Positions 1 to 9,438 of a stretch of DNA of 64,000 nt are shown here, in pieces. The translations under genes and the position numbers were made by a program. Origin of the DNA: an uncultured delta proteobacterium (GTDB lineage: Bacteria > Myxococcota_A > UBA9160 > UBA4427); contig CAWGJT010000005.1 in NCBI GenBank assembly GCA_963822965.1, positions 1,280,001 through 1,344,000 of the forward strand. Direction: 5' to 3'. The number at the start of each line of letters is the position of its first letter. Positions within the stretch are counted from its first letter, which is position 1. Under the pieces are notes generated by a model. It had not been told where the DNA came from, searched no databases, and worked only from the letters and a program-made list of their open reading frames with translations.

Positions 1-1
1 C

Positions 2-709
2 GCCATCGGCGAGTGCTCGACTGGAACCGAGACCTGCGTCGACGAAGCATGGAGCGGCGTGTGCGTGGGAGAGGCGCCTCCCGGGCTCGAGGTGTGCGAC
101 GGGCTGGACAACGACTGCAACTCGGTGGTGGACGACCCCAGCTCACCGGATCTCTGCCCCCCTGCGCCGAACGTGGCGTCCGCTACGTGTGCAGCAGCGA
201 CCTGCCAGGTGGTGTCCTGTGATTCCACCTGGCACGACCTGAACGGTGTCCATGCCGATGGCTGCGAGTGCCAGGAGGACAGCAACGACCAGGGCGGCCT
301 CGGAGCCGCCTGCAACGGCGCGGTCGATCTGGGCTCGCTGCCGGACGACGGCACCACCGTCATCCAGGTGACCGGCAATTTCGTGCCATCCGGGGACAGC
401 GATTGGTACCGCGTGGTCATGCTCGACACGAACGACACGCAACACATGGTGATCCAGTTCGCCAGCAACCCGGGCAATCAGTTCCGAATTGCGACCCTAT
501 TCGCCGGCATCTGCGGGGGCACCGACGTCTGCTCCGGACTCACCCCTTTGCAGTTCGTCTACGAGGGCTTCCAGGGGCAGAACGACTCCAGGACCTTCTA
601 TATCCAGGTCATCCGGGATCCAGCCGCGCCTCCGACCTGCATCGAATACACGCTCGAGATCCGGAGCGAGGCGCCGATCGGCTCGTTCGTCTCGCAGTGC
701 AACGGTTGA
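2..709 (+). CDS. C-terminal part of a Cys-rich secreted/surface protein (CDGLDNDC metal-binding-type repeat); 5' end outside the window
   Basis: Frame open from base 2; EVCDGLDNDCN and DLNGVHADGCE motifs typical of myxobacterial surface proteins. Confidence 0.75.
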   Translation, partial: AIGECSTGTETCVDEAWSGVCVGEAPPGLEVCDGLDNDCNSVVDDPSSPDLCPPAPNVASATCAAATCQVVSCDSTWHDLNGVHADGCECQEDSNDQGGLGAACNGAVDLGSLPDDGTTVIQVTGNFVPSGDSDWYRVVMLDTNDTQHMVIQFASNPGNQFRIATLFAGICGGTDVCSGLTPLQFVYEGFQGQNDSRTFYIQVIRDPAAPPTCIEYTLEIRSEAPIGSFVSQCNG

Positions 710-756
710 GCCAGAGCGTGGAGGATGCGCCTCGACCCCGCGGCGACGCCGCGGAC

Positions 757-2115
757 CTACCCGTCCAGGTCGAGCAGGTCTCGCAGATCCGCGTGCGAGG
801 CGACGACGAAGTCGGCGTCGGCCAGGGGCGACGTATCGTCATAGCGGGCCCGGATGCGAACCGAGCGCATCGCGAGGCTGCGGGCACCCGCCACGTCGGC
901 GTGGCGCAGATGGCCCACGTGGAGGGCGCGTTCCGGGCTCACCCCGAGCGGCTCGAGGGCGACGCGAAACATCTGCGGATCGGGCTTGGGGACGCCGACT
1001 TCGTCCGAAAAGGCCTGGACGGCGAGATGCTCGATGAGCCCGAGGCGATCGAGATGCTCGCGCACCACACGGCCCGGCGTCAGCCCGGTGTCGCACACGA
1101 GCGCGCAGGGGATCCCGGCCGCACGCAGCGCTTCTAGCGTTTCCAGAGCACCCTCGAGCGCCACCACCTCGCCGGTGTGCGACGCCTCTTCGAACGCGGT
1201 GACGAGCGAATCGAGCGCCTGCTCGTCTCCTTCGAGTTCGAGCACCGCGAGGCTCCATTGGGCGACCTCGCGAGCACCGCTCGCCTCGCCCGCGCGCCAC
1301 AGCTGCATGTGTCGGTTCCAGGCCGAATCGAAAGCGCGCGTCGCCTCTTCTGGCGAGACCGGGCGTCCCGCCTGCTCGGCGGCTTCCCGCAGCCGGGCGA
1401 CTCGCAGCGCGTGGGCGAGTTCCCAGTTTTCTTCGCAGATGAGGGTGTTCCAGCAGTCGAAGGTGACGGATTCTGGCATCGCGATCTGCTCGCGGCGCGT
1501 CCGCACGAGTGCCGCGACTTCTTCGAGAACCTCGTCGCCGGGTTCGTCGGTGGCGACGACCCGGTATTCGTCTTCCGGTAGCTCCACCACAGGTTCGGAT
1601 CGCCGCGCGAGATCGTCGGCCACGATCTGCCAGAAGGGCTCCTCGACTTCGGCGTCGCGCGCGGCGAGCCGCTCGCGCAGCGCGGCTTGCGACGCGCGAC
1701 ACTCGACGAATAGAAAAGGTGCGCCGTGCGTGACCGCCATCGCACGCGCGCCTTCGCGCTCGCGTGCCAGCGAGAAGCAGCCATCCACGACCACCGAATG
1801 CCCGTCCGCGAGGCCGCGCTCGGCGCGTCGCAGGAGTTCCGCGTACACCTCGTCCTCGAATCTGCGGGAGAAGGTGTCGAGCCCGGCCAGTGGCATCTCG
1901 TTTCGAACTTCGTCGGATCCGAAGTGAGCGGCTCCGAGCAGGGGCGCGAGCCGCGCTGCGACGGTGCTCTTGCCGGAGGCCACACCCCCGCCGACTGCGA
2001 CCAGCACGAGCGGGCTACGCCGCAGCCGGAGCGCAGGCGAGGTGTTGGGGCCGAGGTTGGAGTCGGAGTTGGGATCCGAGTTGGGATTCCGGTCGGAGGC
2101 TCTGGTGGGGGACAC
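757..2115 (-). CDS. P-loop kinase (AAA_33-like) fused to a HAD-family hydrolase
   Basis: Walker A GGVASGKST; HAD motif I FDCWNT, PKP motif, and HVGH in place of the usual HVGD. Start codon uncertain (GTG 2115). Confidence 0.75.
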   Translation of the reverse strand: MSPTRASDRNPNSDPNSDSNLGPNTSPALRLRRSPLVLVAVGGGVASGKSTVAARLAPLLGAAHFGSDEVRNEMPLAGLDTFSRRFEDEVYAELLRRAERGLADGHSVVVDGCFSLAREREGARAMAVTHGAPFLFVECRASQAALRERLAARDAEVEEPFWQIVADDLARRSEPVVELPEDEYRVVATDEPGDEVLEEVAALVRTRREQIAMPESVTFDCWNTLICEENWELAHALRVARLREAAEQAGRPVSPEEATRAFDSAWNRHMQLWRAGEASGAREVAQWSLAVLELEGDEQALDSLVTAFEEASHTGEVVALEGALETLEALRAAGIPCALVCDTGLTPGRVVREHLDRLGLIEHLAVQAFSDEVGVPKPDPQMFRVALEPLGVSPERALHVGHLRHADVAGARSLAMRSVRIRARYDDTSPLADADFVVASHADLRDLLDLDG

Positions 2116-2300
2116 GCCCGCAGCGTAGCGCCCCGGGCGCGAACGGCCCGGCGGCGTACCGCGCAGGTTGCGGCTCTCACTGTTTGCAGTCCCGGGGTTC
2201 TCCCAGGGAATCGTTCGATTCGAGAGACGTTCTCCTGGGATCCGTGGATTTCGTCCCGAATCCTTGGCGCGTAGGGTACCGGCCTGCATCGCGAGGAACC

Positions 2301-2417
2301 GTCGGTGTGGCAATCGACCGTCGCGGCGCGCTGCTCGTGGCCGATGATGTCGGCAATACGATCTGGCGCGTGAGCGGGCCCCGCGGCGGGGGCCACGGGC
2401 GGAATGCCGAGGAGTAA
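2301..2417 (+). pseudogene. C-terminal fragment of a sorbosone/PQQ sugar dehydrogenase
   Basis: VGVAIDRRGALLVADDVGNTIWRVS is the typical family C-terminus; no upstream part present. Confidence 0.7.
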
Positions 2418-2635
2418 GGAGCGTTCCGATGTGGTGGCGACCGGACGACCGCCGCCCTGGTCGGCGCAGTGGTCTTCGCGGCCTATCACCTACCCGTGAC
2501 CCCGTACGCGCCCGGTCTGGCCGCGAAGCTGTCGTTCGGGTTGGTGCTGAGCGCGCTGCGCCAGCCCACCGATTCGCTCGTGCCCCTGCGCTCGCCCATT
2601 TCGGCTTCTGGCACGTGATGGGCTCGCAGCGCCGT

Positions 2636-3898
2636 TCAGTGCGCGGCGCGGTGGCGGGTGGGCGTCCGCATCAACGTGCCCCGCACCACGTGTCCGATCG
2701 TGAGTCCCTGCACCAGGATCGAGAACACCACCACGCAATAGGTCAGCGCGAGCACGATGTCGCGCTGCGTGCCGGCGGGCAGAGACAGCGACAGCGCGAC
2801 CGAGATGCCTCCGCGCAACCCACCCCAGGTGAGCACGCGCCACGCCCCATCGGGCAGCCCGAAGTGTCGACCGAATGCCGCGGTCGGCAGCCCGACCGAA
2901 AGCGAGCGCGCGAGCAGCGTCACGCCGACCGCGACCACGGCGGCCGTCAACACCGGCGGCGAGAACCTGACCAGCAGCACCTCCATCCCGATCAGCAAGA
3001 ACAGCACCGCATTGAGGATGCCGTCGATCAGCTCCCAGAACATGTCCACGTAGCGCCGCGTCGTGTCCGACATGGCGCGCTCGCGGCCATGGTTGCCGAT
3101 CACCAAGCCGCAGATCACCATCGCGAGCGGGCCCGAGATGTGCAAGTGGCTCGCCAGCGCGTAGCCGCCGGTCACTGCTGCCAGCGTCAGCAGCACTTCG
3201 ACCTGGTACTCGTCGATGCTCTTGAGCATTGCGTAGGTCGCGTACCCGAGCACCAACCCGAACACGATGCCGCCGGCCGCCTCGCGCGCCAGCAGCGCGA
3301 GCACCGAGCCCGCCGTCGGAGGCCCGGCGCTCGAGAGCATCGCGGCCAGCGAGGCGAACACGACCACGCCAACGCCGTCGTTGAACAGCGACTCGCCGGC
3401 GATCACGAGCTCCACGTCCGGCGACGCGCCGGCCGACTTCAAGATGCTCATCACCGCGATCGGATCGGTCGGCGAGATCAACGCGCCGAACAACAGGCAG
3501 TACAACGGGCTCAGCTCGAGGCCGGTGACCGGCGCGGCCAGCCACAGGCCGACGCCCACGAGCCCGGTGGACAGCAGCGTGCCGAACAGCGCGAGCGCCA
3601 GCACCGGCCAGCGCTGAGCTCTCAGCGCGCTGAAGTCCACGTGCAGGGCGGCGGCGAACAACAACAGCGACAACATCCCCTGCATCAACAGGTCGGAGAA
3701 GTCGATCGATCTCAGCAGGGACTCCTCGTAGCTACGCAACGCGTGGGCCCAACCCGCGGCGTCGAGCGCGATGAACGCGAGCGAGAGCGCGAGCGCGATC
3801 ACCATCACTCCAATCGTCGTCGGCAGGCGCACGAAGCGATGGTTCAGGAAGGACAATACGGCCGTGATGGCGAGGCAGGTGGCGGCGACGTCGAACAT
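2636..3898 (-). CDS. nhaP: Na+/H+ antiporter, CPA1/NhaP family
   Basis: ISPTDPIAV, GESLFNDGVGVV and WGGLRGGISVAL motifs; many TM helices; ATG 3898. Confidence 0.92.
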   Translation of the reverse strand: MFDVAATCLAITAVLSFLNHRFVRLPTTIGVMVIALALSLAFIALDAAGWAHALRSYEESLLRSIDFSDLLMQGMLSLLLFAAALHVDFSALRAQRWPVLALALFGTLLSTGLVGVGLWLAAPVTGLELSPLYCLLFGALISPTDPIAVMSILKSAGASPDVELVIAGESLFNDGVGVVVFASLAAMLSSAGPPTAGSVLALLAREAAGGIVFGLVLGYATYAMLKSIDEYQVEVLLTLAAVTGGYALASHLHISGPLAMVICGLVIGNHGRERAMSDTTRRYVDMFWELIDGILNAVLFLLIGMEVLLVRFSPPVLTAAVVAVGVTLLARSLSVGLPTAAFGRHFGLPDGAWRVLTWGGLRGGISVALSLSLPAGTQRDIVLALTYCVVVFSILVQGLTIGHVVRGTLMRTPTRHRAAH

Positions 3899-4289
3899 GG
3901 TCGGGGAGGTTGACGAACTCGGCCCGCTCACACAACAACGCGACGCGTAGGGCGGTCGGAACGCACTCACGCCTATGCGCTCAGCGCCCTGGTGCTCGGC
4001 GCGGTGCTCTCGCCGCTGTGGTTCGACCCGAAGGACCGGTGCCGGGGCAGCTTTCGGCTCTCGACCTACCCTTTGCAACTACGCGCGAGGTGGCGCTGGT
4101 GCGCAACACGATCGACTCGGTCGACTACCTCCTTGCCAATCCGGCAAGACTATCGGCTGCGTGAAGTTGATTGAAGGCGAAGTCATTTGTGTCTCGAAAG
4201 TTCAAGGGTTCAGCCTCCACAACGTGCCGTTCAAAACTGCCAAGCAGATCGTCCTCTACAAGATGCCCGTGGAAGAGATCGTCAAGTGA

Positions 4290-4838
4290 GTGGCGCTGCC
4301 GGGCGTCGTGGCGGCGAGCGACGGCATGCCGGTGGTGCCCGGCGGCTGGGACCAGCTGCCGTGGGACACGCCCTATGAGGACCTGCCCAATACTCATCCC
4401 CGCGTCGCCGGTACGCACGGCAAGAGCCTCCGCATCGCACGCGAGAACGAGATCCCGCTGATGCACGTGCTGGCGACGTTCAGCTACAACCCGGCGCGCT
4501 ACCTCGGTGAAACGGGGCTTGCGGCCATGCGGGAACGCGGACGCCTGCAGAGGGGGATGCTCGCGGACGTCACGATCTTCGATCCGCAGACGGTCACCGA
4601 CAACGCGACCTATCTGCATGGAACGCGGCCGACGACGGGGATTCCCTTCGTCGTCGTTCATGGTGAGATCGTGGTGCGGGACTCGAAGGTCGCCCCGGAC
4701 GTCTTTCCGGGTCAGCCGATCCGATTCCCGGTGGCGGAGAAGGGGCGCTACGAGCCCATCAGCAAGGGAGGCTGGGAGGCCGAGTACCTGGTGACGCCGG
4801 TCGGCTTCTACGGACTGGACATGCTCGAAGAGAATTAG
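4290..4838 (+). pseudogene. C-terminal fragment of an N-acyl-D-amino-acid deacylase-type amidohydrolase
   Basis: ASDG, HPR.AGT and RGRLQ.GM.ADVTIFDP motifs; N-terminal metal-binding half absent. Confidence 0.75.
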
Positions 4839-4859
4839 GGGCGTTCCCAAGCAGCCCGG

Positions 4860-5650
4860 CGTGGCGCTTGATCACGTAGCGCATCAGGTAGGGGGCCATC
4901 AGGCCTAGCACGCCCGATCCGGCGCGCTGGCAGAACAGGACAGTGAGCAGAAGGCGCGCGTGCGGATTCGCGAGCACGTCCTTCATGGCGCGGAAGGAGC
5001 TGGTCGCACCCCGACCCTGGCACTCCTTCCGCTCGCGCAGGCGAACGGTCGGAATCAGGAGGACGAGGGGCAGCGCAGCCGACACGCCGAAGGCGAGCCG
5101 CGACGCCGCGACGCCGCGAGCCGCGAGCCGCGAGTCCGCCGCGTTCATCACGACCTGCATCGCGCCGAACGCCATCAGCATGCCGAAGATGAAGACCGCC
5201 GAGTTCGCACCGAAGATGCGACTCCGCTCGTGGTAGTCCGTCGTGAGCTCCGCACCGAGAGCCGCATGGGGCACCGAGTACATCGTGAACGCCGTATAGA
5301 ACGTGAAGAGTGCGACGGCGAGCCACGCGTACATGGCCGAAGGGGCGAACGACGGCGGACTCCAGATCATCACGAGGCTCGCCATCAGGAGCGGGATGGC
5401 CGCGAGCATCCACGGCCGCCGACGGCCCAGTCCCGTGGGCGTGCGATCACTCAGGGTGCCTATGATCGGATCGGAGACCGCGTCCCAGACCCGACCCGCC
5501 GCAAAGAGGAGCCCGACGGAGAGCGGCGCGAGCAGCAGCACGTCGGTCGCGAAGTTCGAGAAGTAGAACTGCACGATGAAGAGCAAGCTCGAGAATCCGG
5601 CCACCGGCGGCGAATAGGCGAGCAGCACGCCGGCCGGGAAGCGGCCGCGG
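4860..5650 (-). pseudogene. Truncated MFS sugar (GPH-family) transporter
   Basis: RVWDAVSDPIIGTLSD, GRRRPW and LGAELTTDYHERSRI motifs; C-terminal part missing and the 5' end abuts repeat copy A. Confidence 0.75.
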
Positions 5651-5735
5651 GAGCATAGGACGGACAAGCCCGGTTTCGGGGTGACGTCCGAGTAGGGGCG
5701 TTGTGTCAATCCCCTGTGGGTGGCCCGGCGGCGGG
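5651..5735 (+). repeat. Dispersed element copy A
   Basis: GAGCATAGGACGGACAAGCCCGGTTTCGGGGTGACGTCCGAGTAGGGGCGTTGTGTCAATCCCC followed by a tail ending GGCGGCGGG. Confidence 0.9.
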
Positions 5736-5785
5736 AGCACCGGCCCGGCGGAGGCAGTTGAACACTCGTCGCCGTCCCGCGATCC

Positions 5786-6538
5786 CTACAGCGGTGCTCC
5801 GGCTTTGGCGAAGCAGGCGATGATGTCGGCGCTCTCCAGCAGCGGCTTTCCGTCCGCGACCAGGCAGGGGGCCTGCGCGCCGCCTGAGATCTGCTCGAGC
5901 TGCTTCATCGCCGCCGGGTCCTCGCTCACGTTGCGGACCTCGACGCCGTCGAGATGGCAGTTGCTCCAGGCGCTCAGTGCGGCGCGCGAGGCGCCGCAGT
6001 TGTTACGCACGTAGAGCACCGCCCCCTTGGCCAGTCCGCTGGGTGCTGGGATCTCTTCGGTGCTTCCCTTGCATTCGCGATCGATGCGCTCGCACTCCGC
6101 CGCGAGGGCCGCGATGTCGCGCCGGCCGTCGGGCCCCACCGATTCTGCGAAGCGCACGACTCCATCGCTGTCGATGATGATGGTGGCGCGGTCGGTGATG
6201 CCGGGGCCGTCCAGGTAGACGCCCAGGGAGATCGCGGCGGCCCCTTTGGGCTGAAAGTCCGCGAGCAACGGGAAGGAGATGCCGCCGAGGCTATGGGCCC
6301 AATTGGCATGGGAGTAGACGCTGTCGACACTGACACCCAGAACCTGGGTGTGGGCGGCGCGGAAACGGGGCAGCAGGGCCTCCGCCTCCGGCACCTCCTG
6401 GCTTCAGGTGGGGGTCCAGTCCAGTGGATAGAAGAGCAACAGCACGTGCCGCTTGCCGCGGAAATTCTCCAGCGCAACCGTCCTCCCGAGGTGGTCCTTG
6501 AGCTCGATGGCGGGGACTCTCTCTCCTACGGAAATCAT
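5786..6538 (-). CDS. Peroxiredoxin (AhpC/TSA) fused to a glutaredoxin-like domain; probable selenoprotein (UGA at the peroxidatic site)
   Basis: FYPLDWTPT-TGA(6404-6406)-SQEVP continues in frame into VLGVSVDS..SHANW; C-terminal CGAS and APCL Grx-like domain. Confidence 0.8.
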
Positions 6539-6939
6539 GGCAAACCTCGCATTCCAATCGCTGGTCCGAAAATTCTCGCCGCTCCTGAAAGATTCTGCAA
6601 GGGGCGAAGCCCGCAGACCCGCTCGAAATCGAGTGGAGCTGGAGGACCTCGAGGATGGCTTTGATGCTCGACGACACGCGGCCATCGAAGCCGCCCTTGC
6701 GCCCATCGTCGTCTCTCGAGGGCTCCCGGACGCCCGCGCGGAGTCGCACACACCCGATTGCGGGCGCTCCAGAATTGTTCTGGGTGCGGGCTCGAGCCGA
6801 CGGCGACCAGACCGCGGCTGCGGGTCGCAAGTCGACCTGGTGCGACTGAAACGACGACCTATCGTCAGACTGCGGTCGTGCAGAGAGGGGAAGCAGCGAT
6901 TCGACGCGTAGCTCAAGCGAGCAGTCTCGAGGAGAAGTG

Positions 6940-8130
6940 ATGGATTTCGAGCTTTCGGACAAGGCCAAGGCGGTAGAGGAACAGCTCTGCCGATTCATGG
7001 ACGAATATGTCTACCCCGCCGAGAGGGAGTACGCCGAGCAGGCAGAGGCGCATCCCCATGAAGAACCAGGCATCATGCTGGAGCTCCGCGCCAAGGCGAA
7101 AGAGATCGGGCTCTGGAATCTCTTCCTGCCGGACAACGAATGGGGTGCCGGGCTGACCAACCTCGAGTACACGCCGCTGTGCGAAATCATGGGCCGCAGC
7201 GGGATCGCCGGTCGCGTGTTCAACTGCCAGGCGCCGGACACAGGCAACGCAGAGATCCTCGCTGAGTTCGGCACACCAGAACAGAAAGAAAAGTGGCTCG
7301 TGCCGCTGCTCGAGGGGGAGATTCGCTCCTGCTTCTCGATGACAGAACCCGAGGTTTCGGGAGCAGACCCGACCAAGCTCCAGACGCGGGCGGTGCGAGA
7401 CGGTGACGACTACGTGATCAACGGCCACAAATGGTTCACCTCGGGTGCCATCGGAGCCGCCTTCGCGATTGCCATGGTGGTGACCGATCCCGACGCAGCC
7501 CCACACGAGCGCATGAGCCAGATCCTCGTGCCGACTGACAATCCGGGTTTCGACATCATTCGACCGGTTTCCGTGATGGGACACACCGGGGGCGGAGGCC
7601 ACTGCGAGATTCGCTACGAAGACTGCCGCGTACCCGCCACGAACGTACTCGGGCCCGAAGGCGCGGGGTTCATGATCGCTCAGGCGCGTCTCGGTCCGGG
7701 CCGCATCCATCACTGTATGCGAGCGATCGGCATGGCGGAGCGCGGTTTCGAGATCATGTGCCGCAACGCCAACAGCCGGGAGGTTGCGGGCGGCCTCTTG
7801 CGCGACAAGCAGTTCATCCAGGAATTCGTGGCAACCTCTCGGATGGAGATCGACCAGGCGCGCCTCCTGACCCTGCACGCTGCCCACAAGATGGACCGGT
7901 ACGGCAAGAAGCAGGCTCGCCAGGAGATCTCCATGATCAAGGTCGTGGTCCCGAACATGATGATGGCCGTGCTCGATCGCGTGATACAGAGCCTGGGTGC
8001 TCTCGGTGTCACCGACGACACGCCGGTGGCGGCCATGTGGCGAAACGGGCGGTCGCTGCGCATCGCGGACGGTCCGGACGAGGTCCACAAGATGGTGATC
8101 GCCCGCCGCGAGCTCAAACGCTTCGCCTAG
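6940..8130 (+). CDS. Acyl-CoA dehydrogenase
   Basis: FSMTEP, INGHKWFTSG, RLGPGRIHHCMR and RIADGPDEVH motifs; GGAG RBS. Confidence 0.95.
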   Translation: MDFELSDKAKAVEEQLCRFMDEYVYPAEREYAEQAEAHPHEEPGIMLELRAKAKEIGLWNLFLPDNEWGAGLTNLEYTPLCEIMGRSGIAGRVFNCQAPDTGNAEILAEFGTPEQKEKWLVPLLEGEIRSCFSMTEPEVSGADPTKLQTRAVRDGDDYVINGHKWFTSGAIGAAFAIAMVVTDPDAAPHERMSQILVPTDNPGFDIIRPVSVMGHTGGGGHCEIRYEDCRVPATNVLGPEGAGFMIAQARLGPGRIHHCMRAIGMAERGFEIMCRNANSREVAGGLLRDKQFIQEFVATSRMEIDQARLLTLHAAHKMDRYGKKQARQEISMIKVVVPNMMMAVLDRVIQSLGALGVTDDTPVAAMWRNGRSLRIADGPDEVHKMVIARRELKRFA

Positions 8131-8194
8131 AGATGGAGCATCGAGGCGAAGCGAGTACCGAGCGCTGATCGCGCGGTACGAGGACCGCCGCGCG

Positions 8195-8974
8195 CTAGGG
8201 GCTTTCGGACCGCCAATCCTCGAGGGTCTGCTCGATCCGGGCGCGGGCTTCCTGGAGCAGCCAGAGGCGGTCCTCTTCCGGGCTTCGCGGGATCGGGGCA
8301 CCGATGCGCATGCGCACCCGAGTACCAAACGGAATCGGGAACAGATTGAAGCGCAAGAGCCGCCAGGACCCGTCGATTGTGACTGGCACGATGGTCGCCT
8401 CCGGAGCCTCTTCGAACAGCGCCAGCGCACCCGCCGGCTTGAACGGACCTAGCTTGCCGTCGCGAGACCGCGTCCCTTCCGGGTAGATCACCGCCGAGAC
8501 CCCGCGCTCGCGCACCTGGGCACCCAGGGCGCGGATCGCGCGGGTGGCTCCCTCGCGGTCGCTGCGATCGATGATCGCGTTGCCACCCCGCCGCAGGTTG
8601 TAGGAGATGCTCGGGATCCAGCTCGCGAGCTCGCGCTTCGAGACGTACTTCGGAAAGTTGCGGAAGAAGGCCGCTCCGAACATCGGAATGTCGAACATGC
8701 TCTGGTGGTTGGCGAGGATGAGATACGGGGTCTCCGGCACTACGGCAGGGTCCCGCTCCACGACCAGCCGGGCGCCGGCCATACGGAACACGAAGACCAG
8801 GGCGATCTGGAGCCAGCCGGCGACGTACTCCTGAGGGCGCTGTCCGAACAGGCGCGCCACCCGCTGTAGGGGGTCGAACAGCAGCAGCGTGCCCGCGAAC
8901 GCCACCAGGAAGGGCGGCGTCATCAGCCAGTCGATCCATCTCGGTCGCGCAGGGTCCACCGGGGTGTTGGGCAC
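8195..8974 (-). CDS. plsC: Lysophospholipid acyltransferase (PlsC family)
   Basis: NHQSMFD (HX4D) and YPEGTRSRDG motifs; start uncertain. Confidence 0.85.
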   Translation of the reverse strand: MPNTPVDPARPRWIDWLMTPPFLVAFAGTLLLFDPLQRVARLFGQRPQEYVAGWLQIALVFVFRMAGARLVVERDPAVVPETPYLILANHQSMFDIPMFGAAFFRNFPKYVSKRELASWIPSISYNLRRGGNAIIDRSDREGATRAIRALGAQVRERGVSAVIYPEGTRSRDGKLGPFKPAGALALFEEAPEATIVPVTIDGSWRLLRFNLFPIPFGTRVRMRIGAPIPRSPEEDRLWLLQEARARIEQTLEDWRSESP

Positions 8975-9171
8975 GGCGTCATTGTCGCCGCTTCGGCCCC
9001 GCCCGGCCAATCGGAATCTCCCGCGAAGCCCGAGCTGCGCGTCGGCCTTCGTCGAAGCACCCCGCTCACTCGAGCTGTCGCACCGGGAACTGAGTACCCA
9101 GTCTAGATCCAGGCACAGAGGGGGCCAGCGAGCCAGGAGACGAGTCTACGCAGCCATGCTTGGCGACCCCT

Positions 9172-9240
9172 GAGCATCGGACGAACGAGCCCGGTTTCGG
9201 GGTGACGTCCGGGTAGGGGCGTGATGTCAACCCCCTGTCG
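9172..9240 (+). repeat. Dispersed element copy B
   Basis: GAGCATCGGACGAACGAGCCCGGTTTCGGGGTGACGTCCGGGTAGGGGCGTGATGTCAACCCCC. Confidence 0.9.
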
Positions 9241-9438
9241 TACGGCTGGAGTACGGGGTCGCATGTCGCCGTCAGATGCTCTTGACTGCGTGCGGCCGCG
9301 CCACGGCCGGTCACATGAGCTTCGGGCTCGGTCATGATGCCCGCGCGTGGTACCGACACCGCGACAGCGATGAAAGGGACTCCGCTCCCTCGCTCGGGCC
9401 GATGCGTCCGATCGGCCGCAACCCATCTCGGCCCGGCC

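Noticed and set aside
5690..5710. TTGACA (reverse strand) in the element as a sigma70 promoter
   Set aside because: No recognisable -10 box at 16-18 bp, and the hexamer is lost in copies E and F.
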